A stretch of DNA of 64,000 nt from an uncultured delta proteobacterium (GCA_963729795.1 CAVSPC010000054.1:1-64000); one strand, 5' to 3'. Shown: positions 28,562 through 39,491, numbered from the stretch's first letter. Made by a program: numbers and translations. The notes: generated by a model not told the origin, from the sequence alone.

Positions 28562-29716
28562 GATCCACTAAAACTACAATTTCCTGTGCGTAAAATCATA
28601 TTGGCCCGCAGCGCCGGCTTGTTGGTTTTCACTTCGCTCATGGTCGTTATCGCTTTCACTCTCCGGGCGTTTGGCGGCGATAACGTGGAAACCAATTTTG
28701 AAAAAGGAAAACAATTAATTAAAACCGGCCACTACGAGCAAGCAGTTCAACTCTTTTCCGAGGCCCTGAACTCGGTGGATCCCGGCACTCACAATGCGCT
28801 GGTGTTGAGGCTATCCCGAGCTCAAGCTTATTTCGGTGGAGGTGACCTGAAACACGCTTTCAAGGACATTAACGAACTGCTGCGCTCCGACGGCCTAGAA
28901 GGTGAAGTACTGGCCTCAGGCTTGCAGCTTCGTGGTGTGTTAAGCCTCAGGAAAGGCAGTGGAAAAAGCGCCTTGGCAGATTTTACGGCTGCAATCAAGA
29001 CCACCCATGAGAACGAATCTCTGCGCTCAGTCTGTTTTGCCAACCGTGGGATTACCTTTATAAACCTGGGGCGTTTTGACGAGGCTGTCAGCGACCTCAA
29101 CAAAGCCATAGAATTGGACCCGAAGTCCAGTTTTGCCTATGCTGGGAGAGGGTTGGCATACCTTCGCGAGGACAGAGTGGAATCCTCTCGCAGAGACGCG
29201 GAAAAAGCTTTGAGCCTTAGGCCCGACAAAGAAACTAGAAAGATGGCGGAAAAGATTCTGAAGGAGATGTCAGCTTCGGCCTCAGGCCCCATGAGTGTAA
29301 TAGTCCCCATTAGCGAAAAGGGTCACATTTTCGTGCTAGTTCGCTTCCGCAAGAATGGGACACCGCACCGGTTTCTCCTGGACACCGGGGCTACATCTTC
29401 ACTTATCGACCGGGACCTCCTTGAGGAGATTGGGCACGATACCGAAGTGACTAAGATAGGAAAGGGATTTGTCACTATCGCGGATGGTTCCGTGCACAGG
29501 GTGACCCGCTACAAAGTGAAGACAGCTTTTCTCTTCAATTTGCCTTTAGGTAAGATCGAAGTGCAGGTGTTTGACAAAAACATCAGGCGGGTCACAAATC
29601 TGCTGGGTGTAAGAAGTCTCAGGAAGGTTGCTATCTCTATAGATAATGCGTCTCGGAGAGCTGAGATTCGTCGCAAGGAATCTACGGACAACAATAAAGA
29701 AGATCAAATGGAATGA
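28562..29716 (+). CDS. Membrane-anchored TPR-repeat protein with a C-terminal retropepsin-like (clan AA) aspartic protease domain
   Basis: A signal-anchor (ILARSAGLLVFTSLMVVIAFTL), TPR-like repeats (YEQAVQLFSEAL..., FDEAVSDLNKAIELDP...), and a C-terminal LLDTGATSSLID catalytic D-T-G motif. The start codon is tentatively TTG at 28562 with a GAGGA RBS; the track ORF starts at 28424. Confidence 0.65.
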   Translation, partial: DPLKLQFPVRKIILARSAGLLVFTSLMVVIAFTLRAFGGDNVETNFEKGKQLIKTGHYEQAVQLFSEALNSVDPGTHNALVLRLSRAQAYFGGGDLKHAFKDINELLRSDGLEGEVLASGLQLRGVLSLRKGSGKSALADFTAAIKTTHENESLRSVCFANRGITFINLGRFDEAVSDLNKAIELDPKSSFAYAGRGLAYLREDRVESSRRDAEKALSLRPDKETRKMAEKILKEMSASASGPMSVIVPISEKGHIFVLVRFRKNGTPHRFLLDTGATSSLIDRDLLEEIGHDTEVTKIGKGFVTIADGSVHRVTRYKVKTAFLFNLPLGKIEVQVFDKNIRRVTNLLGVRSLRKVAISIDNASRRAEIRRKESTDNNKEDQME

Positions 29717-29737
29717 AACTCGAACAAGGTATGGAGT

Positions 29738-31045
29738 TCAACCCTTGAATAGGTCGAAAAGATCGGCATCCGGACCGACAGGGCCCAGAGCCACAATGGT
29801 AAGACGCTCCGGATTAATTATCTGTTCCGCAGTCGCGTGCAACTCACTTGCAGTTACTTTCTCCATAGAACCGATCATTTCATCCAGCGGGAGGTGCCGG
29901 CCGAAATAAAACTCTCCCTTGGCAAGCCGATTCATGCGGGAGTCTGTGGATTCCATCGCAAGAATGATGTTCCCCTTGATCTGGCTCTTTGCCGTGACAA
30001 TGTCTTCGTCTGTGACTCTTTCTGAGAGTTCCAACGTTTCGTTACCCATGGTCTGCATAAGCTCTTCGAGGCGTTCGGGGTCGCATCCGGCGTAAATCCC
30101 GAAGATTCCGGTATCCGAGACCGAGGAGAGGAAAGAGTACACGGAATATGCCAATCCTCTCTTTTCCCTGACTTCCTGAAAGAGCTTGGAACTCATCCCG
30201 CCGCCCAGGATAGTATTGAGTATATATGCAGCGTGCCGACTCTCATCTACTGCGCTGGGGGCTTCCGCTGCAACACAAACGTGCACCTGTTCGAGATCGC
30301 GCTCGACAACATTAGCCGATGAGTCACTTTTGGGCGCGGTGAACCGCGTTTGGGCCGCTGCTCGCGGAAAGTCTCGCATCCGTTTTTCGATTGAATCTAC
30401 GAAGCGGTCGTGCTTAATATTTCCGGCCGCGCACACGACCGTCTCCTCAGGGGTGTAATAATTACGCTTGAACCCTAAGATGGTGTCTCTGTCCAGCTTA
30501 GCGACGTTAGGAATGGTTCCGAGTATAGGCTGGCCCAAAGGATCATCCCGCCAAAACCTGGCGCCAAGGATTTCGTGCACTAAATCTTCCGGATTATCTT
30601 CTACCTGGTGGATCTCCTGGGAGATCACTTGCTTTTCCCGCTCGATCTCTTCTTCCGGAAACGACGAGTTGAGAAAAATATCGGTCAGCAGGTCTATGGC
30701 GAGTTCAAGGTTCTCGCTGAGGATGCGGCAGTAGAAGGAGGTCAATTCTTTGCTGGTAAAGGCATTAAGCACACCGCCTACCGAATCGATTTCCTTGGCT
30801 ATGGTAAAGGCTGAACGGCGCTCAGTACCCTTGAAGAGCATGTGTTCGATAAAATGACAAATTCCGTTGACCGCCGGCTGCTCAAACCTTGACCCGGAAC
30901 GTACCCATATTCCGAGTGAAACGGATTGCAGGTACGGCATTTCCTCCGTAACAATCCGTAAACCATTGTCGAGAGTGGTTTTGCGGTAGATGCTGAGGTC
31001 GCCGAATTTGGTGGCCAGAGGTGGGATCACGATTTCTTGATTCAT
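29738..31045 (-). CDS. M16-family (pitrilysin/insulinase-like) Zn peptidase
   Basis: HFIEH inverted zincin motif. ATGA overlap with the pnp stop. Confidence 0.85.
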   Translation of the reverse strand: MNQEIVIPPLATKFGDLSIYRKTTLDNGLRIVTEEMPYLQSVSLGIWVRSGSRFEQPAVNGICHFIEHMLFKGTERRSAFTIAKEIDSVGGVLNAFTSKELTSFYCRILSENLELAIDLLTDIFLNSSFPEEEIEREKQVISQEIHQVEDNPEDLVHEILGARFWRDDPLGQPILGTIPNVAKLDRDTILGFKRNYYTPEETVVCAAGNIKHDRFVDSIEKRMRDFPRAAAQTRFTAPKSDSSANVVERDLEQVHVCVAAEAPSAVDESRHAAYILNTILGGGMSSKLFQEVREKRGLAYSVYSFLSSVSDTGIFGIYAGCDPERLEELMQTMGNETLELSERVTDEDIVTAKSQIKGNIILAMESTDSRMNRLAKGEFYFGRHLPLDEMIGSMEKVTASELHATAEQIINPERLTIVALGPVGPDADLFDLFKG

Positions 31046-33132
31046 TTGTCGGGATTTTGACCGATTGCCTCTTTCCGTGAAAGTTTGATCTTACCCTGAG
31101 GATCAATTCCGATGACTTTGACAGGGAAAGTATCTCCTTCTCGGATAACGTCTGTTACCTTGCGGACACGTTCCGGAGCAAGCTGTGATATGTGCACCAA
31201 GCCGTCGGTACCAGGGAAGATTTCCACGAAGGCCCCGAAATCAGTGATCTTGCGAACCGTCCCCATGTAAATTCTGCCCACTTCAGCTTCTTGGGTGAGA
31301 GACTTAATGGCGGCCTTCGCCTGATCCGCTCCCTGGACGTCCACCGAGGCAATAACTACTTTTCCTGTGTCGTCCACCTCGATCTTGGTGTTGGTTTCTT
31401 CCTGTATGGCCCGGATTACCTTGCCGCCTGGGCCGATGATGTCCCTGATTCTCTCAGGGTTTACATACATAACGAAGATCCTCGGCGCGTATGGGGATAT
31501 TTCTGTCCTCGACTTGTCGATGGTCTGGGCCATTATGTCTAATATGTGTGTGCGCCCATCTCTCGCCTGAAACAGTGCCTGGGTCAGGACCTCGCGAGTG
31601 ATTCCCTGGATCTTGATGTCCATTTGCAGGGCAGTAATGCCGCCTCTAGTCCCCGCCACCTTGAAATCCATATCCCCGTGATGATCCTCATCTCCAATGA
31701 TATCGGAGAGCACGATCACGCGGCCGTCTTCTTTGAGAAGCCCCATGGCTATCCCTGCTACGGGTTCCGCGAGTGGAACCCCGGCGTCCATGAGGGAAAG
31801 TGATGCTCCACAAACCGTGGCCATGGAGGACGATCCGTTGGACTCCAGTATCTCGGAGACTACGCGGATAGTGTAAGGGAATTCTTCGTCATTGGGGAGC
31901 AAATACGACAGGGCCCTTTCTGCAAGGGCGCCGTGGCCTACCTCTCGGCGAGACGGTCCCCTAAGGAATTTGACCTCTCCCACAGAAAATGGCGGAAATT
32001 TGTAGTGGAGCATGAACGATTTGTAGCTCGAACCTTCGAGCGCCTCGATCTTCTGCTCGTCGGAGGATGTGCCCAGCGTGACTACAACCAGCGCTTGAGT
32101 TTCGCCTCGAGTGAACAGCGCGCTACCGTGAGTTCGGGGCAAGACCGCTATTTCTGTCGATATATTACGAATATCGGTAAAGGAACGTCCTCCGATGCGG
32201 ACCCCCTTTTCCTGAATCATCTTCCGAATATACTCGCCCTCGATCTTCTCCAGATAGCCGAGGATCTCCGAGCGGCGCTGTGCGGCTTCTTCGCCTACGG
32301 ATTCGAAGACCTTCTCATAGATCGTGCTCAAGGTGCCCTGTCGTTCAAGCTTCGCCGGAATGGCTACGGCGCTTTCGATCTGGTCACCCCATTCGCTTCT
32401 GATCTTCTCTATCAATTCTTCGTCTTGGACTGGGGGCGTGATCTCTCTCTTGGGCTTTCCGGCCTGCTCACGCAGTTTTTCCTGAGCCTCCACTATTTGC
32501 ATAATTTCGTCTTGAGCTTTGAATATGGCTTCCAGGATGACTTCCTCGGAAATTCGATCCGCGCCTCCTTCGACCATAACTATGCCCTGACGGGACCCGA
32601 CAACTATTAAGCTCAGGTCCGAATAGGAATCCTCCAACGGTGAGGGATTGATGACCAGATTTCCATCGATTCGGCCCACTCGTACCGCTCCAATGGGTCC
32701 AGCAAAGGGGATGTCTGAAATGTGGAGAGCAGCGGAGGCCCCATTTATAGCCAGCATGTCAGAATCACTTTCGCCGTCGGAGGAAAGAACGGTCGCTATG
32801 ATCTGTGTTTCCGACTTAAAGCCCTTGGGAAACAAAGGTCGTATGGGGCGATCGATAAACCTGGCTGTTAGAACTTCTTTTTCAGTAGGGCGACCTTCTC
32901 TCTTAAAAAAACCACCGGGTATCTTTCCGGCGGCGTAGGTCATTTCCAGGTAGTCAACGGTGAGTGGAAAGAAATCGATCCCTTCTCTGCCGTGTTTTTC
33001 TGCCACGGCCGTAACGAGAACCACCGTCTCTCCGCTACGAACGAGAACAGCTCCTGAGGCCTGTTTGGCCAGGCGCCCTGACTCGAACACGATTTCTTTG
33101 CCTGAAACAGTGGTGCTTGCAATATGAGCCAT
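31042..33132 (-). CDS. pnp: Polynucleotide phosphorylase
   Basis: Two RNase PH domains, a KH domain and a C-terminal S1 domain. The start is trimmed to MAHIASTTVSGKEIVFESG, which aligns with the E. coli PNPase N-terminus. Confidence 0.95.
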   Translation of the reverse strand: MAHIASTTVSGKEIVFESGRLAKQASGAVLVRSGETVVLVTAVAEKHGREGIDFFPLTVDYLEMTYAAGKIPGGFFKREGRPTEKEVLTARFIDRPIRPLFPKGFKSETQIIATVLSSDGESDSDMLAINGASAALHISDIPFAGPIGAVRVGRIDGNLVINPSPLEDSYSDLSLIVVGSRQGIVMVEGGADRISEEVILEAIFKAQDEIMQIVEAQEKLREQAGKPKREITPPVQDEELIEKIRSEWGDQIESAVAIPAKLERQGTLSTIYEKVFESVGEEAAQRRSEILGYLEKIEGEYIRKMIQEKGVRIGGRSFTDIRNISTEIAVLPRTHGSALFTRGETQALVVVTLGTSSDEQKIEALEGSSYKSFMLHYKFPPFSVGEVKFLRGPSRREVGHGALAERALSYLLPNDEEFPYTIRVVSEILESNGSSSMATVCGASLSLMDAGVPLAEPVAGIAMGLLKEDGRVIVLSDIIGDEDHHGDMDFKVAGTRGGITALQMDIKIQGITREVLTQALFQARDGRTHILDIMAQTIDKSRTEISPYAPRIFVMYVNPERIRDIIGPGGKVIRAIQEETNTKIEVDDTGKVVIASVDVQGADQAKAAIKSLTQEAEVGRIYMGTVRKITDFGAFVEIFPGTDGLVHISQLAPERVRKVTDVIREGDTFPVKVIGIDPQGKIKLSRKEAIGQNPDK

Positions 33133-33201
33133 AATTACGATAATCCTCATCACGCGATCGGGGATGACCCCATCACAATGTCGCGCCTTACGGGGTCAGT
33201 G
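33133..33201 (-). promoter_or_regulatory. rpsO-pnp intergenic stem-loop (putative rpsO terminator and pnp leader hairpin)
   Basis: Inverted repeat TGACCCC...GGGGTCA within the 70-nt spacer. It resembles the RNase III-processed pnp leader known in other bacteria. Confidence 0.35.
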
Positions 33202-33471
33202 CTATTTCCTGATACCCAGTTCGGCGATGATGGTTTTGTACCGGTCAACGCTCTTGGCTCTCAAATAATCCAACAACCGTCGGCGCTGCCCGACGAGCTT
33301 GAGAAGGCCTCGACGAGAATGATGGTCTTTCTTATGGATCTTGAAATGCTCGGTAAGATATCCAATTCGTTCGCTTAGGAGCGCTATTTGGACTTCAGGG
33401 GACCCTGTATCACTCTCGTGGAGCCGGTACTTCTCGATGATTGTTTTTTTCTTCTCCGTTTGAAATGCCAA
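33202..33471 (-). CDS. rpsO: 30S ribosomal protein S15
   Basis: [53 protein letters not shown]. The probable TTG start at 33471 has AGGAGG 9 nt upstream and gives the canonical 89 aa. Confidence 0.9.
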   Translation of the reverse strand: MAFQTEKKKTIIEKYRLHESDTGSPEVQIALLSERIGYLTEHFKIHKKDHHSRRGLLKLVGQRRRLLDYLRAKSVDRYKTIIAELGIRK

Positions 33472-33698
33472 TCTCGTCTTCCTCCTGATAGGCATGCAAA
33501 AGCTTAGTCAGCTCAATCTAGTATTACTATCATACGCGGTTCACGAAGTAAACAGTGCTTCTCACTTTTTCGTATCCTTTCGGTTATCCGGGGTCATCGA
33601 TCTGTTCCAACCGGTCACATTGCTTCGTCGCTTTGCTCCTCGCAATGACAATTTCCCGCCGGTAAGTGAACGGTCACACTTTTTCTCCCCAAGCATTT

Positions 33699-33733
33699 AA
33701 GAACAAGAAAGGGGAAGGCCCTGGGCCTTCCCC
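33699..33733 (-). terminator. Rho-independent terminator downstream of actP
   Basis: GGGGAAGGCC-CTG-GGCCTTCCCC hairpin followed by a T-tract on the minus strand. Confidence 0.6.
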
Positions 33734-33757
33734 AAGAGTGGGAAATAAATCTCCAGA

Positions 33758-35707
33758 CTAATGCTCGAAAGCTTTCGCAATCCCCACGCCAGTGTTTTGG
33801 CGAACGTAAAGTTCGTCGAACGCGTCCTCTTCTTCCTTCCTTCGAAAGAGCAAGGACAATATGATCGCTGCCAAGAATCCTAAGGGAATAGAAATAATGC
33901 CCGGATTCTTTAGGCTGAATAGAGGCTTGTCCAGACCGAAAAGGAGGGACGTGCCATTTTTGTTCTTCTCGTAGGAGGCTTTGGCAGCAGCCAGGACTGT
34001 CTTCTCCTTGTCTGTAAGGGTCGCACCACCAGCCTGCTTTTTCTCCAGCGCGGTGATCACCTTCTGATTTCCCGCGGCAATCATTTTGGGATACTGCAGG
34101 TTGGGGGAGACCATGACCAGGAGTATTGAAACTACCGTACCTATCACCAGCCCCCCGACGATCCCCGCGGTGTTCATTTTCCTCCAGAACAAGGAGAGCA
34201 CCACTGTCGGGAGATTACCGGCAGATGCCACGGCAAAGGCCAGAGCCACCAGGTGGGCAACATTCTGGCCTTCTGCCAAGACCCCGATAACAACTGCTAT
34301 AGCGCCAACGATGATGGAAGCGATCCTAGCGGCCATCACTTGCTCATGCGGATCAGCCTTGCCGCCCTTGATGGCATTGACGTAGATGTCGTGCGAAACG
34401 GCTGCAGCAGACGCGAGCACTAGACCGGAAACAACCGCAAGTATGGTTGCAAAAGCCACAGCGCAGAGGAACGCTAAAAAGATGTCCCCGAACACGGGGT
34501 AGATCATATTACCCAGCATCTGGGCAAGAAGCAGATTGGACATGTTGCCGCCCGGGTCCACACCCGCTGAAATCTGTGGAGTCACCCAGACAGCGGAACC
34601 GAAGCCCAAGAGGGTTGTTAAGATGTAGAAGAAGCCGATGAGAAACATGGCTACGATAACGGACTTACGTGCAGCCTGCGCTGTGGGCACCGTAAAGAAG
34701 CGCATGAGTATGTGAGGCATACCCGCAGTCCCCAGCACAAGGGCCATGCCCAAAGAGATCTGGTCCCAAACATTTTTCAGCAACAACCCGGGTTCGAGGA
34801 AGCGCTGCCCATAGTCAAAGCCGGGTCTCGCCACCGCCTCATGGAGAAGATGTATTCTGGTCCAATCTTGAATTTGCGGACTGGTAGCTATTTCATGGAA
34901 AAACCGCACGGGATTGAAACCAGCGTGAGCCGCGACCAGGAAGCTCAGGAATATCGCCCCTGTCATAAGGAGAGCAGCCTTGATTATCTGCACCCAGGTG
35001 GTAGCTATCATGCCTCCCAAGGCCACATAGACGATCATAAGACAGCCAACCCCGATAATAGAGACCTTGAACGGGATGCCGATAAGCAGCTTTATTAGCA
35101 TACCGGCTCCGACCATCTGAGCAGTGAGGTAAAAAATCGAGACCAGCACCGTCGAGAAGGCGGCAGCAGCTCGGACAGGCACGGGCGAGGACCGGAAAGC
35201 GAGAATGTCCCCCATCGTATACTTCCCGGCATTACGACAGGGTTCCGCAACGATCAGGAGCACCGTAACATAGGCGACTAGCCATCCTACCGAATACATG
35301 AAGCCGTCGTATCCGTATAGACAAATGAGGCCTGCTATGCCAAGGAACGAGGCGGCGGACATGTAATCCCCCGCGATTGCCCATCCGTTTTGCCATCCTG
35401 TAATGGCCCCGCGGGCCGCATAGAAGTCGGCTGTGGTTTTAGTTCGTTTGGCGGCCCAATACACGATGTACATGGTTATCAAAATGATAATAATGAACAT
35501 CGTGATAGTGATCCCCCTGTGCACTTCGACTTTCCTGGGGACCGGAGGCTTTGCGGCCGGGGCTTGAGCCACGACCGCGTTTGAAATCACACTTTCAGGG
35601 CCGGCAAACGCCGGTCCTGGCGCTGAAAGGTGCGCTACGATCAAACCCAGCGATAGCGCCAGGGTCAAGGTTATGAACAGGCTTTTCATTCGTGCATTCC
35701 TCCTCAC
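33758..35707 (-). CDS. actP: Cation/acetate symporter, sodium:solute symporter (SSF) family
   Basis: 649 aa with about 13-14 TM helices, SSF motifs, and an N-terminal signal-like segment as in ActP. It overlaps the upstream DUF485 gene by 4 nt, matching the yjcH-actP arrangement. Confidence 0.85.
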   Translation of the reverse strand: MRRNARMKSLFITLTLALSLGLIVAHLSAPGPAFAGPESVISNAVVAQAPAAKPPVPRKVEVHRGITITMFIIIILITMYIVYWAAKRTKTTADFYAARGAITGWQNGWAIAGDYMSAASFLGIAGLICLYGYDGFMYSVGWLVAYVTVLLIVAEPCRNAGKYTMGDILAFRSSPVPVRAAAAFSTVLVSIFYLTAQMVGAGMLIKLLIGIPFKVSIIGVGCLMIVYVALGGMIATTWVQIIKAALLMTGAIFLSFLVAAHAGFNPVRFFHEIATSPQIQDWTRIHLLHEAVARPGFDYGQRFLEPGLLLKNVWDQISLGMALVLGTAGMPHILMRFFTVPTAQAARKSVIVAMFLIGFFYILTTLLGFGSAVWVTPQISAGVDPGGNMSNLLLAQMLGNMIYPVFGDIFLAFLCAVAFATILAVVSGLVLASAAAVSHDIYVNAIKGGKADPHEQVMAARIASIIVGAIAVVIGVLAEGQNVAHLVALAFAVASAGNLPTVVLSLFWRKMNTAGIVGGLVIGTVVSILLVMVSPNLQYPKMIAAGNQKVITALEKKQAGGATLTDKEKTVLAAAKASYEKNKNGTSLLFGLDKPLFSLKNPGIISIPLGFLAAIILSLLFRRKEEEDAFDELYVRQNTGVGIAKAFEH

Positions 35708-36018
35708 TTCAATTTCAGTTCGTCAACCAGCTCGCTGGTCAGCTTGTCGGCCACCCTGGTCGCCCAACTAGCGTAATATAAAGCCAAGGCCCACGAGACA
35801 AAAAACTGAGAGAGGGCAAACAAGTACCCGATATTAATATTCCCTATCACCTTGACGCTGAAAAGGCCCGGAGCCGCCCCCGCGCCGATGGGGAGGAGGA
35901 AATAGTAGATGGTAGAGAATATCCACCAACCGAAAAGAAAATAGGCTTTTCTCCTGCTGAGTTCTAAGAACTTAGGATTTCTGGCTATTGCAGCCCAGTC
36001 TTCTTTCTTTTCCGCCAC
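35704..36018 (-). CDS. yjcH: DUF485 inner-membrane protein (YjcH-like), partner of ActP
   Basis: 104 aa with two TM helices and a FLFGWW motif. Coupled to actP. Confidence 0.8.
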   Translation of the reverse strand: MAEKKEDWAAIARNPKFLELSRRKAYFLFGWWIFSTIYYFLLPIGAGAAPGLFSVKVIGNINIGYLFALSQFFVSWALALYYASWATRVADKLTSELVDELKLK

Positions 36019-37386
36019 TGTTCTTACTCCTTCCTTGTTGGGCCACGGACGGTGAGTTCAATTGATTTCGGGAATACGCGTATGCTCGGATTGCTACCGG
36101 GTCGCTTGGTCCTGGTAGGCACACGACTCCCTAAGCGGAACTCCGCCCGCGCCACGTCTCATTTTTTTGGAAAAATTGGAGTTTTTCTCAAGAACACATG
36201 TTGCCGTTTGCGGCCTACAGAGAGGCCTCGATAGCCGTCACAGCAACACTTGGAGGTGACCGGCCAACTGCTGTGATAAAAAAAACTATTCTCCCTAGGA
36301 TTTCCGGTGACTCCGATCTGGAATGTCGCGGCCTTCTTTTCTGAACGACGGTGACAATGAAAAGGCCATCATCCAGGGTCCAAGTTCGTCTAATTAGGGA
36401 ACAACGCTTTGCGTCAGTGGCTATGGAATCTGACAAGGTCGGGGTGGGAACTATGAGGAGAGCTATGAAAGTGAAATAAGTATATCGGTATCTGGGTGAA
36501 AATGGTCTAGGAATCAGATTCCGAACGTTTCTGAGAAAGGTCTTTCGGTGTGTTGGCCCGGCCAAGAAAGATGCCCCGGACGTCTTGGCAAAGGACTTTT
36601 CGAGTTTCCAAAAGTCTAAGGGAAACGGCTCTACGAAAAAATCGCCAAATGCAGGACCAGCCCATCCAGGCCCCGCTCCCGGACCCTTAAGGCTCTGCCT
36701 TCGGTAGACTCGGACCATGCATCGATAGCTGCTTTTCCGTGATTTCCGAGACACTCGGTTATTCCCTGTCGCCGCGCTCTTTTGCTCAGGCTTTCAGTGC
36801 AATTGTCGGTTGAAGTCTCAGATCGAAATTTTGTACATGTATGATGGGGACAAAGTTGCGGGAGCACGCCCACTTTTATTTGCCCCGATAAAACTCCTTC
36901 ACGTCGCTGAGGTCTAACCTGTTACAGGTGGTAATTCGATGATACATCTGACCGCTTACATTAAAGTCTCTATGCGGACCGTGTCAACTTCTATTTTTTT
37001 GAGGAAATTTTTATTATAGGCGCCTGATAGTCTGTGCTGAACGGTGGCTTCGGAAGATCCTTCCGATAATCTTGCGCCAAAGCTATATCTGTAAGAACGA
37101 CACCATTCTCGATTCGTAGATTGATTCACTAGTGTGAAATTCAAATCTTGATCCGCCAAATCTTCGCGAGAAGATGGTTCCAGCCCATGGGGATTGAAAG
37201 CCTTGGCCGCCAGTGCTTGAACCGGTCCATGTAGCCAAAGAATGGTTGCGATGATTATCGAAAAGTGTCATGATCGTTATTCGCTCCGATCAGGTCAGAA
37301 CGTGGCGTCAACCACTTTTTCAAGCACACTGTGAACTTTCCCGAACCAAGCCATTATAGTCGTAAACACCGCCTCTGGAGGTCAAT

Positions 37387-39282
37387 ATGAAGTATGAGGA
37401 AGCTTACAGGGAATCTTTGGCAAGCCCCGAAACTTTCTGGGGGAAGGCTGCCGAAGAGATCGCTTGGGACCGGCATTGGGACCAAGTTCTTGACCGATCG
37501 ACCCGACCTTTCTACCGATGGTTTCGTGGTGGCATGCTGAACACCTGCTTCAACGCTCTCGACTATCATGTCCAACAAGGTAGGGGTAATCAGACGGCCG
37601 TTATTTACGACAGCCCGGTTACGGACACAGTTGAGAAATTCACGTATTCGGAACTCCAGAAGAGGGTATCACGAATCGCAGGTTTCTTGAGAGGGCTGGG
37701 TGTGGGGAAGGGCGACACCGTACTGATCTATATGCCGATGATTCCCGAAGCCCTGATGTCCATGCTTGCTTGTGCTCGTCTCGGTGCAATCCATTCGGTA
37801 GTTTTCGGAGGCTTCGCTCCACGTGAACTGGCAGTACGCGTTGACGATGCAAAACCGAAAGTCATCCTCTCTGCCTCCTGCGGCATCGAAGTGCAGCGGG
37901 TGATCCCTTATAAGCCGCTCCTCGATGAAGCCATCGAAATTGCCACCCACAAACCGGAAAAATGCGTGATGTTTCAGCGGCCTCAAGCGACGGCAGAACT
38001 AAAACCGGGCCGCGATCTCGACTGGCTTGAGCTGGAATCCACGGCCCAGCCTGCGGATTGCGTTTCTGTGGCTGCTACGGATCCGCTGTACATTTTGTAT
38101 ACATCCGGGACGACCGGCAAGCCGAAAGGGGTGGTCCGAGACAACGGAGGACATGCGGTTGCTCTCAAGTGGAGCATGAAACATATATATGATATCGGCC
38201 CCGGAGAAGTGTACTGGGCCGCATCGGATGTCGGCTGGGTAGTTGGGCATTCATACATAGTTTATGCGCCCCTCTTTATGGGGGCTACTACGATAATCTA
38301 CGAGGGTAAACCGGTGGGGACGCCGGACCCGGGGGCTTTTTGGCGTGTCATTTCTCAGCATGGCGTCAAAGCGCTTTTCACCGCACCCACAGCAATTAGG
38401 GCCATCAAGAGGGAAGATCCCGCAGGGGAGTACCTCAAAAAATACGACATGTCAAAATTTGAAACCCTGTTCCTCGCTGGTGAAAGACTCGATCCCGACA
38501 CTTATTATTGGGCGACGAAGCTGTTAGGAAAGCCGGTTATAGATCACTGGTGGCAGACTGAGACTGGTTGGGCAATTTGCGGGAATTTCCGTGGTCTCGA
38601 GGAATTTCCCACAAAGCCCGGTTCGGCTACGAAGCCAATGCCGGGGTATGATGTCCAGATCCTTGATTCCGGGACTGCAACGGAATTAGGTCCCAATCAA
38701 AACGGCGTGATCGCTGTCAGATTGCCCCTACCTCCGGGGAATCTCCCAACACTCTGGAATGATGACCAGCGTTTCATCGAGTCATACATGAATCCTTTCC
38801 CCGGATTCTATCTAACAGGAGATGGCGGGTACATTGACGAAGAGGGATATGTTTTTGTAATGGGCCGTGTCGACGACGTGATAAATGTGGCAGGCCATCG
38901 GTTGTCCACCGGGGGCATGGAGGAAGTGTTGGCGAAACATCCGGATGTGGCCGAGTGCGCGGTCGTTGGAGCAGCCGACGATCTTAAAGGCCAAGTGCCT
39001 CTGGGCTTCGTGGTGCTCAAAGCCGGGGTTACTCGTTCCAAAGAAGAGATAGTTGCTGATGTCATTCAAATGGTCCGCAACGACATCGGCCCAGTTGCCT
39101 CCTTCAAGAAAGCGGTGGTGGTAAACCGACTCCCCAAGACACGTTCCGGTAAGGTCCTCAGGTCGACCATGAGAAGAATAGCAGATGGTGAAGCTTATAG
39201 TGTTCCCTCGACAATCGATGATCCCGCGGTCCTTGATGAAATAGGATCTGCAGTAAAGGAGATCGGATACGGCAAAAGCTAA
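37387..39282 (+). CDS. prpE: Propionate--CoA ligase-like AMP-forming acyl-CoA synthetase
   Basis: 631 aa. The N-terminus aligns closely with E. coli PrpE (ETFWGKAAEEIAWDRHWDQVLDRSTRPFYRWF...). It has the YTSGTTGKPKG AMP-binding motif and a C-terminal [16 protein letters not shown]. Confidence 0.75.
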   Translation: MKYEEAYRESLASPETFWGKAAEEIAWDRHWDQVLDRSTRPFYRWFRGGMLNTCFNALDYHVQQGRGNQTAVIYDSPVTDTVEKFTYSELQKRVSRIAGFLRGLGVGKGDTVLIYMPMIPEALMSMLACARLGAIHSVVFGGFAPRELAVRVDDAKPKVILSASCGIEVQRVIPYKPLLDEAIEIATHKPEKCVMFQRPQATAELKPGRDLDWLELESTAQPADCVSVAATDPLYILYTSGTTGKPKGVVRDNGGHAVALKWSMKHIYDIGPGEVYWAASDVGWVVGHSYIVYAPLFMGATTIIYEGKPVGTPDPGAFWRVISQHGVKALFTAPTAIRAIKREDPAGEYLKKYDMSKFETLFLAGERLDPDTYYWATKLLGKPVIDHWWQTETGWAICGNFRGLEEFPTKPGSATKPMPGYDVQILDSGTATELGPNQNGVIAVRLPLPPGNLPTLWNDDQRFIESYMNPFPGFYLTGDGGYIDEEGYVFVMGRVDDVINVAGHRLSTGGMEEVLAKHPDVAECAVVGAADDLKGQVPLGFVVLKAGVTRSKEEIVADVIQMVRNDIGPVASFKKAVVVNRLPKTRSGKVLRSTMRRIADGEAYSVPSTIDDPAVLDEIGSAVKEIGYGKS

Positions 39283-39491
39283 GATTCCGCGAAGGTCTGT
39301 CATGGCAAACCCGTTCGAATTGCGCTGACTTCGCACTCAGTCAAACGCGGTCGTCAGCTTGACAGAGATTCTTCGACCACTTTTCCGGCGGGAGAGGGCG
39401 TTTCGAGGATTTCCGTTTAATCCTCGTTCGGAGTGCTTGCCAATGAGCGCTTCCCATTGACATTGCGCTCCCCCGGGCAGGGAGGGCCGCC

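Noticed and set aside
36215-36754. 179-aa minus-strand ORF in the gene-poor region
   Set aside because: It is Arg/Pro-rich and low-complexity, has no RBS, and overlaps other equally poor frames. It is more likely non-coding.
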